Assembly: GCF_963921235.1 (NCBI RefSeq)
Contig: NC_086097.1
Span: 36,148,001-36,212,000, forward strand
Origin: Mobula hypostoma
Taxonomy: Eukaryota
DNA: 64,000 nucleotides
Direction of reading: 5' to 3'
The notes under the pieces were generated by a model, which ran no database searches, was not told where the DNA came from, and worked only from the letters and a program-made list of their open reading frames with translations. Each line of letters starts with the position of its first letter. Position 1 is the first letter of the stretch. A program made the translations under genes and the position numbers. Of the stretch, positions 1 to 11,043 are shown in pieces.

Positions 1-624
1 ATCAGATTTCCCAAAATCCGGTCTCGCAATGGAACGTCCAGCGTTCCTGATGATGCACAAGTGAACTGGGATCCCAGGTATGGCAGGTGATATGTTGATG
101 ATATTTGGTGTTATGATACGTGGGTTATGGCTGAAGAAAAATTGGCTGGATTCGCTTAGCACTTTCATGCAAGGGTTTTATGCAGTGCGTCAAAAAAAAA
201 TAAAATTACAAAAATAAGCAAAAATAAAACTGCTAATGATTAGAAAAAGATATTTACCAGAGAACACAAATATAGCTATATAACCATGTCTAGTGTGAAC
301 ACCTGGCAGCTCGATATTGCTCTCTCTCTCCCCTATTGAAAGCAATCCACCCCATTTTTTTAGGCACCAAGACATTCCTTATTTAATTACCCACAGTTAA
401 CTTAAAACTACATATGAATTAAAAATATGATCCACTCACAATTTAGTTGCAATCATATTACACAAGAAACAGAAGTATCTACCTTAAATACAGTATACAA
501 ACAATATATACACATCCCCATATATTCCACCAGGTGTGGCAGGAAAGCACCATAAAGCCAACCTATTATAAGAATATACCAGAAGACTGTTACACTCCGC
601 GCAAAAACAAGAGTGTTTTTTTAT

Positions 625-670
625 CTCTTCTTCTTCTTCTTCTCTCTCTCTCCCTCTCTCTCTCTATCTC
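625..670. repeat. (CTT)n/(CT)n microsatellite
   Basis: tctcttcttcttcttcttctctctctctccctctctctctctatctc read directly. Confidence 0.9.
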
Positions 671-819
671 AATGTGCATGTGTAAGGAGATCATTTACCG
701 ACCGCTCTGCGCCACATTTGGATCGAGATTTCTTCCACCCAGGCTGATTGAAGTCCCAGCAATGATTTGAAAGACAAGGGTAGGTTGTTTCTCCTTTGCT
801 AAGCGCAGCACTCAATCCA

Positions 820-1450
820 TCAAGTGCTGCCTTAATATCTATCCTTGACAGTTTGTAAACTGTGGTTAGGACCAGAGAGGAGAACGGACAGCACTTAATT
901 ATTAGATCTTCCAGATCAGGAGAACAAAGAGTGTGACAAGACTACTACATCCGGGCATGTCTGAGTTTATCGTGAAACACAAATCCCCCACCTTGACCCA
1001 ATGTTCTGTGGAGTAAGAACCATCCGTCTGAAGCGGCATGTCCATGTTTCTGTGATATAGAGAATGCAGCAATATCTCGTTTCCCTCCGATACAACAATC
1101 TTGCCCTTAGGTCATCCATCTTGTCAATCAGTGACTATATATTTGCCAACAAAATACTGGGTGGAGGAATGTTTACACCTGTTTTAGTCTGGCTTGGAGT
1201 CCTCCCCTCCTCCAGCCATGGCGATCTACCTTTGCCCACCTAGAAGTGCCATACCTACATTCCTAAGATTCCAGTCAGCTGAGTCATTCAGGATATTGTA
1301 AAATCACCAGCTCGTTTACAAGGATTAAATGTACGATACTTAAAGGGAATTTACTGGCTGCAGATTGCAGTAATAGTAGTTCAAGAAAAGTATATCTAGA
1401 AGTTTTGAGTCGTCTGCAAAATGTCTGTGTATTGCCAGCACCACCTTGGT
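820..1450 (-). mobile_element. Degraded Rex1/Babar-type LINE, 5' part (endonuclease N-terminus)
   Basis: Minus strand reads PPPSILLANI*SLIDKMDDLRARLLYRR, typical of the Rex1-like ORF start; stops and frameshifts present; ends approximate. Confidence 0.55.
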
Positions 1451-1559
1451 ACAGGCTCCTGTAAAATGCTTACCTCACCTCATCAGAATATCAAAAACAG
1501 TGCTTCAGAGCATACTGGACTGATCTCCTGGTTTAATAGCTTTTCTGCACAAAAAAATA

Positions 1560-2660
1560 AAAACTTCTATCAATGTCATACCTTCAAGATGTGTTAAAGC
1601 ACTTCTAAGCCAATTAAGTACATTTTTCAAGTGTAGTCAAATGTGGGAAACCTGGCAGCCAATTTGCAAAGAGCAAGCTCCCAAGAATGTGATAATGAGC
1701 AGAAAATCTGTTTCAGTTATGTTGAAAGAGGAATAACTCAGATACTCTCCTCTGAATTAGTCCTGATGATGTCTCATAATTCTGGCTGAGAGAGTGGAAA
1801 GGACTTTCACTTAACAACAGATTCAAAACATAGGACCTGCAACAAAGCTGCAATCTCTTCGGCTATGTCCACACTAGACTGGATAAATCCGTAACCGAAG
1901 CTTTTTCTCTTCGTTTTGACCCTCCGTCCACACTGAAACGGCTTTTTCCTCCCCCCGAAAACAGACCTTTTCTAAAATGCTCTCCAGAGTGTGTAAATCT
2001 GAAAACACTGGTTGGGCGGTGTAGAGAGTACGGGGTAACCGGAGCTTTTTAAAAACGCCGTCATGACGTGCTGGAACAGATGGTGGTGGTAGCGTGGCAT
2101 TGTATTTGGTTTGGCACAACTCCCAGTCCACGTTCTCCCCTGCTTTGCTGACTTTGTAGTCGTTTGTAACTCGCAGAAGCAACTCGACTTTATCGTCTGT
2201 CCAAGTGAAAAAGTCCGGTCTGCTTTTTCCAGCGGAGGTTTTCTTTGTATTCCTGGAAGACATTGTTGAAAACTTTCTTTTGCTGTTGTTGTAGGTACTC
2301 TAGTTTTTGACCAATGGAAATAGCACAATGCCACCGCGGAAATGGAAATAGAATACCGTTTCCTCTTCGCTCCTTTTCTGTAGATGTGTCCTGCGCACGC
2401 CTAGTAGGAGGAGATTCGCCCAGATACCAGTTTTAATATGGACAGAGCTATTCCCAAAAACGCCTGGTGTGGACGCCTATCGTTTTAACGCGAAACCAGC
2501 ATTTTCAAAATTATCCGGTCTAGTGTGGACGTAGCCTTAGTATCACATGGAATACTTTCCAAGAACTTGGAGAGATTTGAACACAAAATCTTCCAAGTGA
2601 GAAATGAGTATGTGATCACTGAGGTTGCAGTGACACAACAATAGTAAAGATGAGCTAAAC
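1560..2660 (-). mobile_element. Ancient Deu-domain SINE-like fragment, interrupted by a Harbinger MITE at 1861-2536
   Basis: gcagccaatttgcaaagagcaagctcccaa and aagcacttc...agccaatt...gtgtagtca resemble the reverse complement of the DeuSINE core and tail; the sequence appears to resume after the MITE. Confidence 0.45.
1861..2536 (-). mobile_element. Non-autonomous PIF/Harbinger DNA transposon carrying a Myb/SANT-like ORF fragment
   Basis: 26-bp TIRs GGCTATGTCCACACTAGACTGGATAA / revcomp GGCTACGTCCACACTAGACCGGATAA (2 mismatches); flanks TTC/TTA; subterminal GTCCACAC repeats; ORF 2263-1874 contains FTWTDDKVELLLRVTNDYKVSKAGENVDWELCQTKY. Confidence 0.85.
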
Positions 2661-2980
2661 AAATCACCAGACCTCATTTCCTTTGAAAACAATCATTTAG
2701 GACATAAAGGTTATGCACCTCATGCTTTTAGAATATGTACCTTAACTGGACTCAGTTTGAGTAGTTACAGAACTGTAAACTCAAATTACTGGGAGCTTCA
2801 TCAAATGCAGGCTTCTCATTATCAGACCTTGATAAAAGCTCTCCTAAAATCTGCGCTTCTTTGACTCACTGTGACCTTTAGTGAAGACAGATTGATACAA
2901 CAATGAAGGTTAGAGACATAGAGAATGTGATTGTTATTCTGATTAATAACCCCAATCCAAACCAGGGAGATTTAACTACC

Positions 2981-3202
2981 AGCAACACACATCAAAGTTG
3001 CTGGTGAACGCAGCAGGCCAAGCAGCATCTATAGGAAGAGGCGCAGTCGACGTTTCAGGCCGAGACCCAGTCCTGACGAAGGGTCTCGGCCTGAAACGTC
3101 GACTGCGCCTCTTCCTATAGATGCTGCTTGGCCTGCTGCGTTCACCAGCAACTTTGATGTGTGTTGCTTGAATTTCCAGCATCTGCAGAATTCCTGTTGT
3201 TT
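2981..3202. mobile_element. Penelope-like element terminal repeat inserted as a perfect palindrome
   Basis: 88-bp arms 2981-3068 and 3081-3168 with a 12-nt loop; TSD GAGATTTAACTAC at 2967-2979 and 3203-3215; same tail sequence as the GIY-YIG-bearing copies at 39.1-40.0 kb and 43.1-44.0 kb. Confidence 0.9.
3069..3104 (+). ncRNA. Minimal type I hammerhead ribozyme motif (PLE-associated)
   Basis: AGTC-CTGACGA-AGGGTCTCGGCCT-GAAACGTC-GACT: stem I AGTC/GACT, CUGANGA core, short stem II, GAAA, palindromic ACGT in place of stem III, GUC cleavage triplet. Confidence 0.7.
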
Positions 3203-4239
3203 GAGATTTAACTACAACTGCTTTGATAATTTACCTAATTCAGCCAAGTTAAATGAGAATCACTAATAATCCCTTCAATCAAAATCAATTAAGTTATTCA
3301 ATAACTTATCTCCTTTACTTTGTGTAAGTATGGGATCAATCCTAATTTACACTAAGATTCAGGAGAGAAAATTGCTCCTTTAAATTTGGTGAACAATTAA
3401 TTCACCCCTTAAGGTCAAACTCTACTATTTCAGGAAAGTTTTATGGAGGTGATCTTAAATAGAATGGCTCCTCCCCTCCATCCCTTGCAAAGGTACTAGA
3501 AAGCATAATACTGTTCCACAAGTGAAAACCCTGACAAATATCAGTTTCATGTTACTCTCAGGAGCACAAAGCAATATGATGTGTGTTGCCAGGTGCCCCA
3601 AGATGTTTAGATCTTGTTAAATTGCTGACTGACAGCACATACTAATCCCCTGGTTACTCCATTTTGGTACCAGTTTAACAAACAACAAATGAATCTGTGA
3701 CACTCAGTTGCTGTGATGCTTGCCATGTGTAACACTTCCCTCCAAGGTTATAATGCAGTAATAGACACCAGTCAGCAGTGCAAAGATTTGGTATTTAAGT
3801 AGTTTGCATCTTGACAGGGCTCAAAACTTCTGTCTCCAAATTTCAGCAACTTTCCGAAGTTCCGAACATGTCACATCAATACTTTTCCATGTAGCCTAAG
3901 GGCCCCTTGAATTAGGTCGTCCACGTGGTAATAAGATATTAATAGATAATTTTATGAACCCAGGGATCTACTTGACAGTAAGCTTTTCAACAGTCTAAAA
4001 ACATCTAAGCCATTTGTGGTCTAATTATCCATTTGACAGTCAACATCGGGATCGGGGCCTTTCATCTGGACTGAAAGGGCGATGGCAGACTGGTAATAAT
4101 AAAAACGTGGAGGGAAAGGGTGAGCTAGAGCTGGCGGGCGATAGGTGGAACCAGGTGACGGGGGATGCTGATAGTGGGGTGGGGGAGGAGATAGTGACAA
4201 TGTCTCCAGAAGCTGGGAGGTAATAGGCAGAAGTGTAGG

Positions 4240-5610
4240 AATTACAAAAGGTTGGTTTGCAGGTGCAACAGGTTATCAAGAAGGCAAATGGAATGGTGGG
4301 CTTCGTTGCTAGAGGGATTGAATTTAAGAGCAAAGAGGTTATGCTGTAACCGTACAGGCACACTTGGACTATAGCGTGCAGTTCTGGTCTCTTTACTTCA
4401 GAAAAGATGTGCTGGTTTGAGAGGCAGTGGAGCGGAGGTTTGCCATGTTGATTCCAGTGATGGGAGGGTTAGCCTATAAGGAGACATTGAGTCACCTGGA
4501 ACTGTACTCACTGAATTCAGAATAATAAAAGGGACCTTACAGAAACATAAAATTAAGAGAGAAGCAGAAAATTTGTTTCCACTGGTGTGTGAGACGAAAC
4601 CAGGTGACATAGCCTCGAGGGAACAGATTTAAGATAGCGATGAGTGGAAGCTGGTTTCCCTAGGAAGTTGTGAATCTGGAATTCTCAAAGTTTCAAAGTA
4701 CATTTATTATCAAATAATGTATAATTTATAAAACCTTGAAATCTGCTTGCTTACAGGCAACCACAAAGCAAGAAACCCAAAAAGAACCGATTTTAAAAAG
4801 TAATAAAGGCCTACATCTGATGAGCAGGGAAAGGGGGACAAACACAGATCGTGCAAACAATGGAAGCGAGCAACAACATTCTGAACCAGAATGAGTCCTT
4901 GGATCCAAATCCTGGTGTAGAGCAGCCCGGTGTAGGCCATCAGGGAGCACAGCAGCCGGGGGCAGTCTTCATAGCTTCAGCGCAATGGAGAGAAGAGTAA
5001 ACATCGTGGGAGAACGAGTGAAATTGGTTGTTGCCTCCAATCCTGACACCAGGTCTTTTCAGTCTATCTGGGCCGGCATTCACATTGTCCAAACAGCATG
5101 TTGTACCTCGTACTAGGACCCAGACACTGCTGCCGTGAGAGGCTCCGAGCCTGGACCACGCTGCCCAGTCCAAAACTACTCTCGATTTCTCCAAATTGGC
5201 TTGGTGCCCAGAGCGATCCAACCTCACACCCAGGCCAGTTGTATGGGCATCAAAACTCTGCCTCAGCTTCTCCTCTCCAATTGGCTCACTCCATCTGCAC
5301 TGATTCTGCAACGTACCAACACGGTTCATCTCTCGAATCCGCTACGCCTTCGCTCGCCTCTTCATTGCTTGCAGTGATGATTTACCACAATTTACTTCAG
5401 AAAAGGTGTTATAGTCGAATTCTATGCCCAGATAAGCCGCAGCTACTACCATATTAAAGATATTTACAACACAGATATAGATTTTTGAATAATAGGGGAA
5501 TTAAGGGTTTTGGGGAAAGGGCAGGTAGGTGGAATGGAGTCCGCCATGATCCTATTAAATGGTGGAGCAGGCTCGAAGCCTACTCCTGCTTTTTCTTATG
5601 TTCTAATATT
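4240..5610 (+). mobile_element. CR1 LINE 3' fragment, split by an insertion at about 4686-5452
   Basis: VQQVIKKANGMVGFVARGIEFKSKEVML and LDYSVQFWSL are CR1 RT C-terminal motifs; the CR1 3' region resumes at about 5455 (gatatagatttttgaataataggggaattaaggg...). Confidence 0.7.
4686..5452 (-). mobile_element. Unclassified non-autonomous retroelement with a Rex-like 3' tail
   Basis: Left end aaagtttcaaagtacatttattatcaaa matches the reverse-complement tail of the Rex-like copies (cf. 13403, 38857-38879); no coding motif recognised; interrupts a CR1. Confidence 0.45.
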
Positions 5611-6689
5611 AAGGGCTGAAGATAATGAAATGTGATCAGAGAGAAAGGTGGCACATGGAATAACGGGATAGAGGTGAAGTAGGCAGAAGGGACTAGTAAT
5701 CGAGGGGAATTAGTGGGAGCAGTGTGGGTGATGGGAAGATTGAGAGGGTGGAGGAAGGAATAAGACATTGTGATGGGAGGAGGATTGCTGGATGCAGGAG
5801 GAGGAATATATTTGAGTAATGGTCAGAGAAGTGAATTACAGTTACTCAGCCTTTTGAAGATAAGAAACTTTGTGGTACAGAGAAAAACCACCTGGATTTT
5901 GCAGTGAGTGCCAAAACAACAGCAGTCATCTTTTATCTCATAGAAACCATCTCACAAGGATTTGGCACTCTCTCTGCAAAGAATTCTTTTCCCACATCGG
6001 AGATATCCGATTACTGGGTAGTTGGCCAGGGTATCAGCCAATCAATTAAAGAATTCTCACAGACAGGAAACCAGCAAGTAAACCATAAGTATTAACTAAC
6101 TTACAATCAGAAGTAAACACCAGATGGGTGAATGCTAAAACGGGCATATTATAAATGAAATAAAGATTATTCTAAAATAATTTTCTGAGGGAATCACGCT
6201 TATTAAATTGACATTTTTAGCCACATAGGCTGCTAATCAAAAGGATTTAAATTTCAGTTCCAAATTTAAAAAAAGTGAAGTGTTACATTTTCAGGAGTTT
6301 GATTTCAGTGGTAAGCATCCTGAAATAATTGATTATTAAAACTTATTTTGCATTGTTTTCTGTAGCTTCTGTTGGAGAAGGCTGCAGAACAAGGTCTACT
6401 GTGGAGGAGCAGGGTATCACAAACAGTAATTTGAGGATTCCTGGGATGACTGGATGCTGTTGCCTGATCTTCTTTTATAACAGCGAGCTGTATTAGGCTA
6501 CCACTATTCTCACTGAAATTTCCATATCAGTAGTTCAGCTACAGGTTTGCCATGCTCTTTATTTTCAGTTCCATGAAGAAATGGATAATGAACAGATAGA
6601 TTACTATTACCAGTTTTAAACTATTCATTGAACTGAATATTACCACCACTGAATGGATTAGTTCTCCTCTTAACCTGGGTTTCCCAAAT

Positions 6690-6933
6690 CTTCCTTAATG
6701 ATTATCAAACATCAAGGCCTGGACCTCTGTACCTCCCTCTGCAAATGGATACTGGACATCCTCATCAGCAGACTCATTACATTAGGATTGGTAACAACAT
6801 CCCCCTCTCACTGTCCATCAGCACAGGTGCACCTCAAGGCTGTATAGCCCCCTTCTCTATTCTCTGTACATACACTTGACTGTGTGGCTACGCACAACTT
6901 AACTTTTGCGAACAACACTACAGTTGTTTGCCG
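6690..6933 (+). mobile_element. Rex1/Babar LINE RT fragment (5' side of the LTR insertion)
   Basis: TSLCKWILDIL...ISTGAPQGC...PLLYSLY...FANNTTVVCR, the degenerate PQG and FADD RT motifs. Confidence 0.8.
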
Positions 6934-7777
6934 TGTGACAAGAATACACATAGATTACGATGTAGCTGTCCTGTGCTGGCACCAGTGGAAACAGCAGTTG
7001 GTCTGCCACCTGTCTTCAGGAGAGAGAGAGATAAGGAAAACAATGGAGCAGCATTTGGAGATGTTAATGAAGGAAGGAGAACTGTCAAGAGCGGCTCCCC
7101 CTTTGAACCCTGAACTGTTTGAAGTGATGGACAGGCGATACCCCAGCAGGGGGATAAAAAGGGACTGGTTCGCTAAGGCAGGACACACACACGACACCCG
7201 AGGTAACAAGACCCTGGAAACGGTGCGTCTCTCACAAGTCGGTGGGAAGTACCGGGCCATAAACGCACAGGGTAGAAAGGCACGATCGGCGGGAACCTGG
7301 TGTGTGTCCGCCCTGGCCTGGGTGCCAGGTTCACCGCAGGGAAACGATCGTATCTGGCAACGGAGGGGTCACGGTCGGTGACCTCAGATGACATCACAAA
7401 GGACTTGCCCGAAAGCTGACTGCGAAGGTCTGTGTGGAAGCCGTTTTGAATATTCATTCGTTTTGCTCTCTCCGCCCCCACCCCACTGTCCACGCCACGG
7501 CAGCGATTACTGCGAACTGAACTGAACTAAATTGAACCGAACTTTGCGTCACTTTGAAACTGGTCATTTACCCCTAGACAACAATAGAGCTTGATTGATC
7601 CTGAATTCTGTGTACATGTATGTTTATCATTGCTGAACTGTTGCATTTATTATCCTTTTGATTAGAGTACCGTGTTGCTTGTTTCTTTAATAAAACTTTC
7701 TTAGTTCTAGTAATCCAGACTCCAACTGAGTGATCCATTTCTGCTGGTTTGGCAACCCAGTTACGGGGTACGTAACA
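6934..7777 (+). repeat. 5' LTR
   Basis: TGTGACAAG...GTAACA; AATAAA near 7689; direct repeat of 11044-11907. Confidence 0.95.
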
Positions 7778-7781
7778 TAAG

Positions 7782-7807
7782 TGGGGTTCTCATCCGCGAT
7801 TTTGAAC
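7782..7807 (+). promoter_or_regulatory. Primer binding site, tRNA-Pro-like (degenerate)
   Basis: tggggttctcatccgcgattttgaac versus the complement of the tRNA-Pro 3' end TGGGGGCTCGTCCGGGATTTGAAC, 4 nt after the LTR. Confidence 0.7.
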
Positions 7808-7876
7808 GCTAAATTTGGGACGGAGTAAATTGATTGGGTCAAAATTCCCGAAAGAAAGAAAAGACAAACAGCAGAA

Positions 7877-8299
7877 ATGGAGGCTGAGGAAATTATAAAG
7901 GCGCCGACCTTGGAGGCATTAGAGGATGCCAAGAAATTGGAATTGGTAGCTGTGGCCAAACGGTTGAATCTTGCTAAGGGGAAGTCGACAATGAGGAGAG
8001 AGGAGATACACAGAGCTATCGTAGAGCACTATGTATCTAAGGGTGTGTTTCCCCAAGGCAAGCTGGAGGCGGTGTCTATTGAAAAACCTGCCGGAGACGT
8101 GGTACAGGTGCAGCTTGAAAAACTGAGACTCGAGCACGAGTTCCGGGTACGGCAGTTGGAGCGAGAAGAGAAAGAGAGGGACAGACAGTTGGAGCGAGAA
8201 GAGAAGGAGAGAGAGTTAGAAAGGGAAGAGAGAGAGTTAGAAAGGCGGGAGAAAGAGAAACAGTTAGAAAGGCAGGAGAAAGAGAAAGAGTTAGAAAGG

Positions 8300-8333
<34 letters not shown>

Positions 8334-9593
8334 TGGGAGCGAGAGGAGAAACAGAGGGAAAGGGAATTCGAGCTGGAGAAGTTAAAGATAAGGGCAGAGC
8401 AGGGGCTCGTGCTGAACCAAGGTGGAGGGTTCCGGGCGACCCAGGAGGTTAGGCTGGTTCCCCCATTTGACGATACCGACGTGGATCAGTACTTTCTCCA
8501 TTTCGAAAAAGTTGCTTTAAGTCAGGACTGGCCGAGGTATAAGTGGGTTGTTTTGCTTCAGAGTGTACTGAAAGGGAAAGCCCAAGAAGATTACTCAGCT
8601 TTGTCCGCGGAAGATGCCCAGAGGTATGAGGTGGTGAAAGACGCCATCCTCAGGATTTATGATTTGGTCCCGGAGGCATACCGGCAGAGGTTCCGGAATG
8701 CGAGGAAGCAGTGGGACCGCACGTATTTAGAGTTTGCCCGTGAGATGCAGACACATTGTGAGCGTTGGTGCGCCTCGAAGGGGGTAGAGGGGGATTATGA
8801 CAGACTGCTACAGCTGATCTTGATTGAGCAGTTTAAAGGTTGTGTCCCTGAGGGTATGAGACCCTACCTAGATGAGAAAGAGGCAGCCACGTTAGCCGCA
8901 ACTGCTAGGTTAGCGGATGAGTATGCGTTGACGCATAAAATGAAGTTTGCCCCGAGTAAAGGCTACCAGAAGGGTAGTCAGGACGGCGGGGAGAGTCCGC
9001 CGGAAAAGTCAGAAAGTAAGCCGGGGACTAGTGAGAAGGATAAGGTAGACCGGGAGCAGTCTGGTAGGAAGTCTCCTGGGGTCGTCTGTTATAATTGCGG
9101 GAAAGTCGGACACTTTGCGTCCAGGTGCTTTGCCCCAAAAAAAGAGACGGGAAAAGGGAAAACGGCGATTTTGACTGGCTGTATCGAGCTGGTAAATGAA
9201 CCGCTAGGACAGGACAGGTCTTATAAAGTTCAGGAAGGGCGCGAGAAGTTTATCTCGGCCGGATTGGTGTCAGTGAAGGAGGGGTTAAAACCAGTTCCAG
9301 TGCAGATATGGAGAGACACGGGAGCATGTCAGTCACTAATACTGAAGAGTGTATTAGAATTTAGCTCAGAGACCCAGACTGGGGAGGTCAAGGTCAAAGG
9401 TATTGGAGAAGGGACGGAGACAGTCCCTTTGCACCAGGTACACTTACAAAGCAACCTGGTCTCTGGACTAGTCACGATCGGGGTGAGGTCCGAATTACCG
9501 ATGAAAGGCATGGAAGTCTTGCTCGGTAATGACGTCGCCGGGGGATATCGTGTTCCCAGCCGTGAGATTGACAGGTCAGCCTGCCAGCATTGA
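7877..9593 (+). pseudogene. gag-protease: coiled-coil, SCAN-like capsid region, CCHC zinc knuckle, aspartic protease; one frameshift in a (GA)n tract
   Basis: ORF 7877-8452 joins ORF 8409-9593 across the GA run; VPEAYRQRFR...LILIEQFKGCVPEGMRPYL (SCAN-like), CYNCGKVGHFASRC, WRDTGACQSLI, VLLGND. Confidence 0.9.
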
Positions 9594-10920
9594 GGCCCCA
9601 CCCATGGACTCACAGGTTCATCACGGGACCGCGGTAGTAAATTTAGCTGAGACGTTTCTGCCAGCCTTGTACGAGAAGGGGGTAGAAAGTGAAAAGAAGG
9701 AGTGTAGTGAAACAAGAGGCAGTGAGGGAGCTGGGACAGACGTAGCATTAGCCAGGGAAGCATTTGTGCAGACACAGGAGCGAGACGAGGGGCTGATAGT
9801 TTTGGCAGAGACAGCTCTCTCTGACACAGACTTAACAAGGGAACCAGTAGGCTATTGTGTGGAGGAGGAAGTGCTAAGGAAGAAAGGGAAACCAAGTACC
9901 GTACCCGCAGATGAAGAATGGGGGGTGGTGCAAAAGAGTTATGGGGATGAGGTTTTTAACCTGGCCCACAAGGTACCCCCCGGTGGACATTTTGTGGTAC
10001 TGGAGGGAACAGTTGGTGGAATCATGAAAGAGGTTTACTGGCTGCCCAGGAGGAAGGATGTTATTGATTATGATCGACGCGAACTGAGACGGTCACAGGC
10101 TTTTGATATGCTAACAAACCTAGTCGGTGTTAGCGCGGAAATCAATGAAGCTAGGGTCCCCCCGATAAGAGAAAAAAACCATTTTGAAAAGATGAGTATG
10201 GTATCGACCAGATGGGAGAAGGCTATTGTTTTGGCCAGCTCTGCTGATGAGGTCTCTCCCTTAATCCCCGAACAAAGCGACTCTTTAGGAGAAGTAATTA
10301 AATGACTCGCACACGTGTGTTTGATTGTCCCGAGGCGATGCAAAGAACTGGGACGTTGGGTGGTGTCTGTTACATTAGGTCAGTTTAGCGGGCAACATCC
10401 ATATAGAGTGAGTAATTCAGTGACTAAAGGGCTGATGAACACAGAGGTGTGTATTGGCAATTTAATACGGCTGTCTGAAGCCAGCTTGATAGTGAACCTT
10501 GAAAAAAATTAGTTCGGCCACACGAAGGTCACTTACCTGGGAATTGTGGTGACACAGGGGCAGCTGGCAGCGATGCAAGGTACAGTGTAGGCTATCGCTG
10601 ACCTCCCAACCCCGACAGACAAGAGGGCCCTCAGAAGGCTCTTGGAGATGGTGGGGTACTGTAGGAAGTTTTGCAATAACTCTGCGGTCACTACCCCTCC
10701 CCCTCCTACTAAGCCCTTGCGAGAAAAAACTAAGTCGGAATGGGATGACCCTTGTTATTGTGGTCCGGGACAAAACCAAATGAGGGGTTACATTGATCGC
10801 AATTCATCAGTGTTTTTGGCCACTATGAAGTTTGCTAAGTTGGAGCCTGGTCTAAGGGATTATTAATAACACATATAAAAGGAACAGAAAATGTGATTGC
10901 TGACTGTCTGTCAGGTGTTG
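9529..10920 (+). pseudogene. Fragmented pol remnants in the order IN zinc-binding region, RT thumb, RNase H C-terminus
   Basis: SYGDEVFNLAHKVPPGGHF...IMKEVYWLPRRKDVIDY (IN N-terminus); VNLEKN*FGHTKVTYLG...PTDKRALRRLLEMVGYCRKFC (RT); HIKGTENVIADCLS (RH end); no DDE core and no YxDD seen. Confidence 0.8.
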
Positions 10921-11031
10921 ACAACTTCAAACTCGCTGTACTAGCCAAATAGCTGATAAAGATGTATATTTGTGTGTGTATCAAATAATATATTCATGTT
11001 TGTAATTTTTACCCCCCCGGTAAAAATCCTT

Positions 11032-11043
11032 AAAGCGGGGAAG
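11032..11043 (+). promoter_or_regulatory. Polypurine tract
   Basis: aaagcggggaag immediately before the 3' LTR. Confidence 0.8.

Noticed and set aside
6345..6436. Possible plus-strand acceptor followed by LLLEKAAEQGLLWRSR
   Set aside because: Short, reaches a stop quickly, has no clear donor and no recognisable protein.
6884..7493. ORFs of 100-165 aa overlapping the 5' LTR, mirrored at 10972-11576
   Set aside because: They lie within LTRs on both strands, show no domain motifs, and are duplicated only because the LTR is duplicated.
8140..8330. Regularly spaced repeats that might suggest a CRISPR-like array
   Set aside because: These are coding tandem repeats of a coiled coil with no unique spacers, in a eukaryotic retrotransposon.
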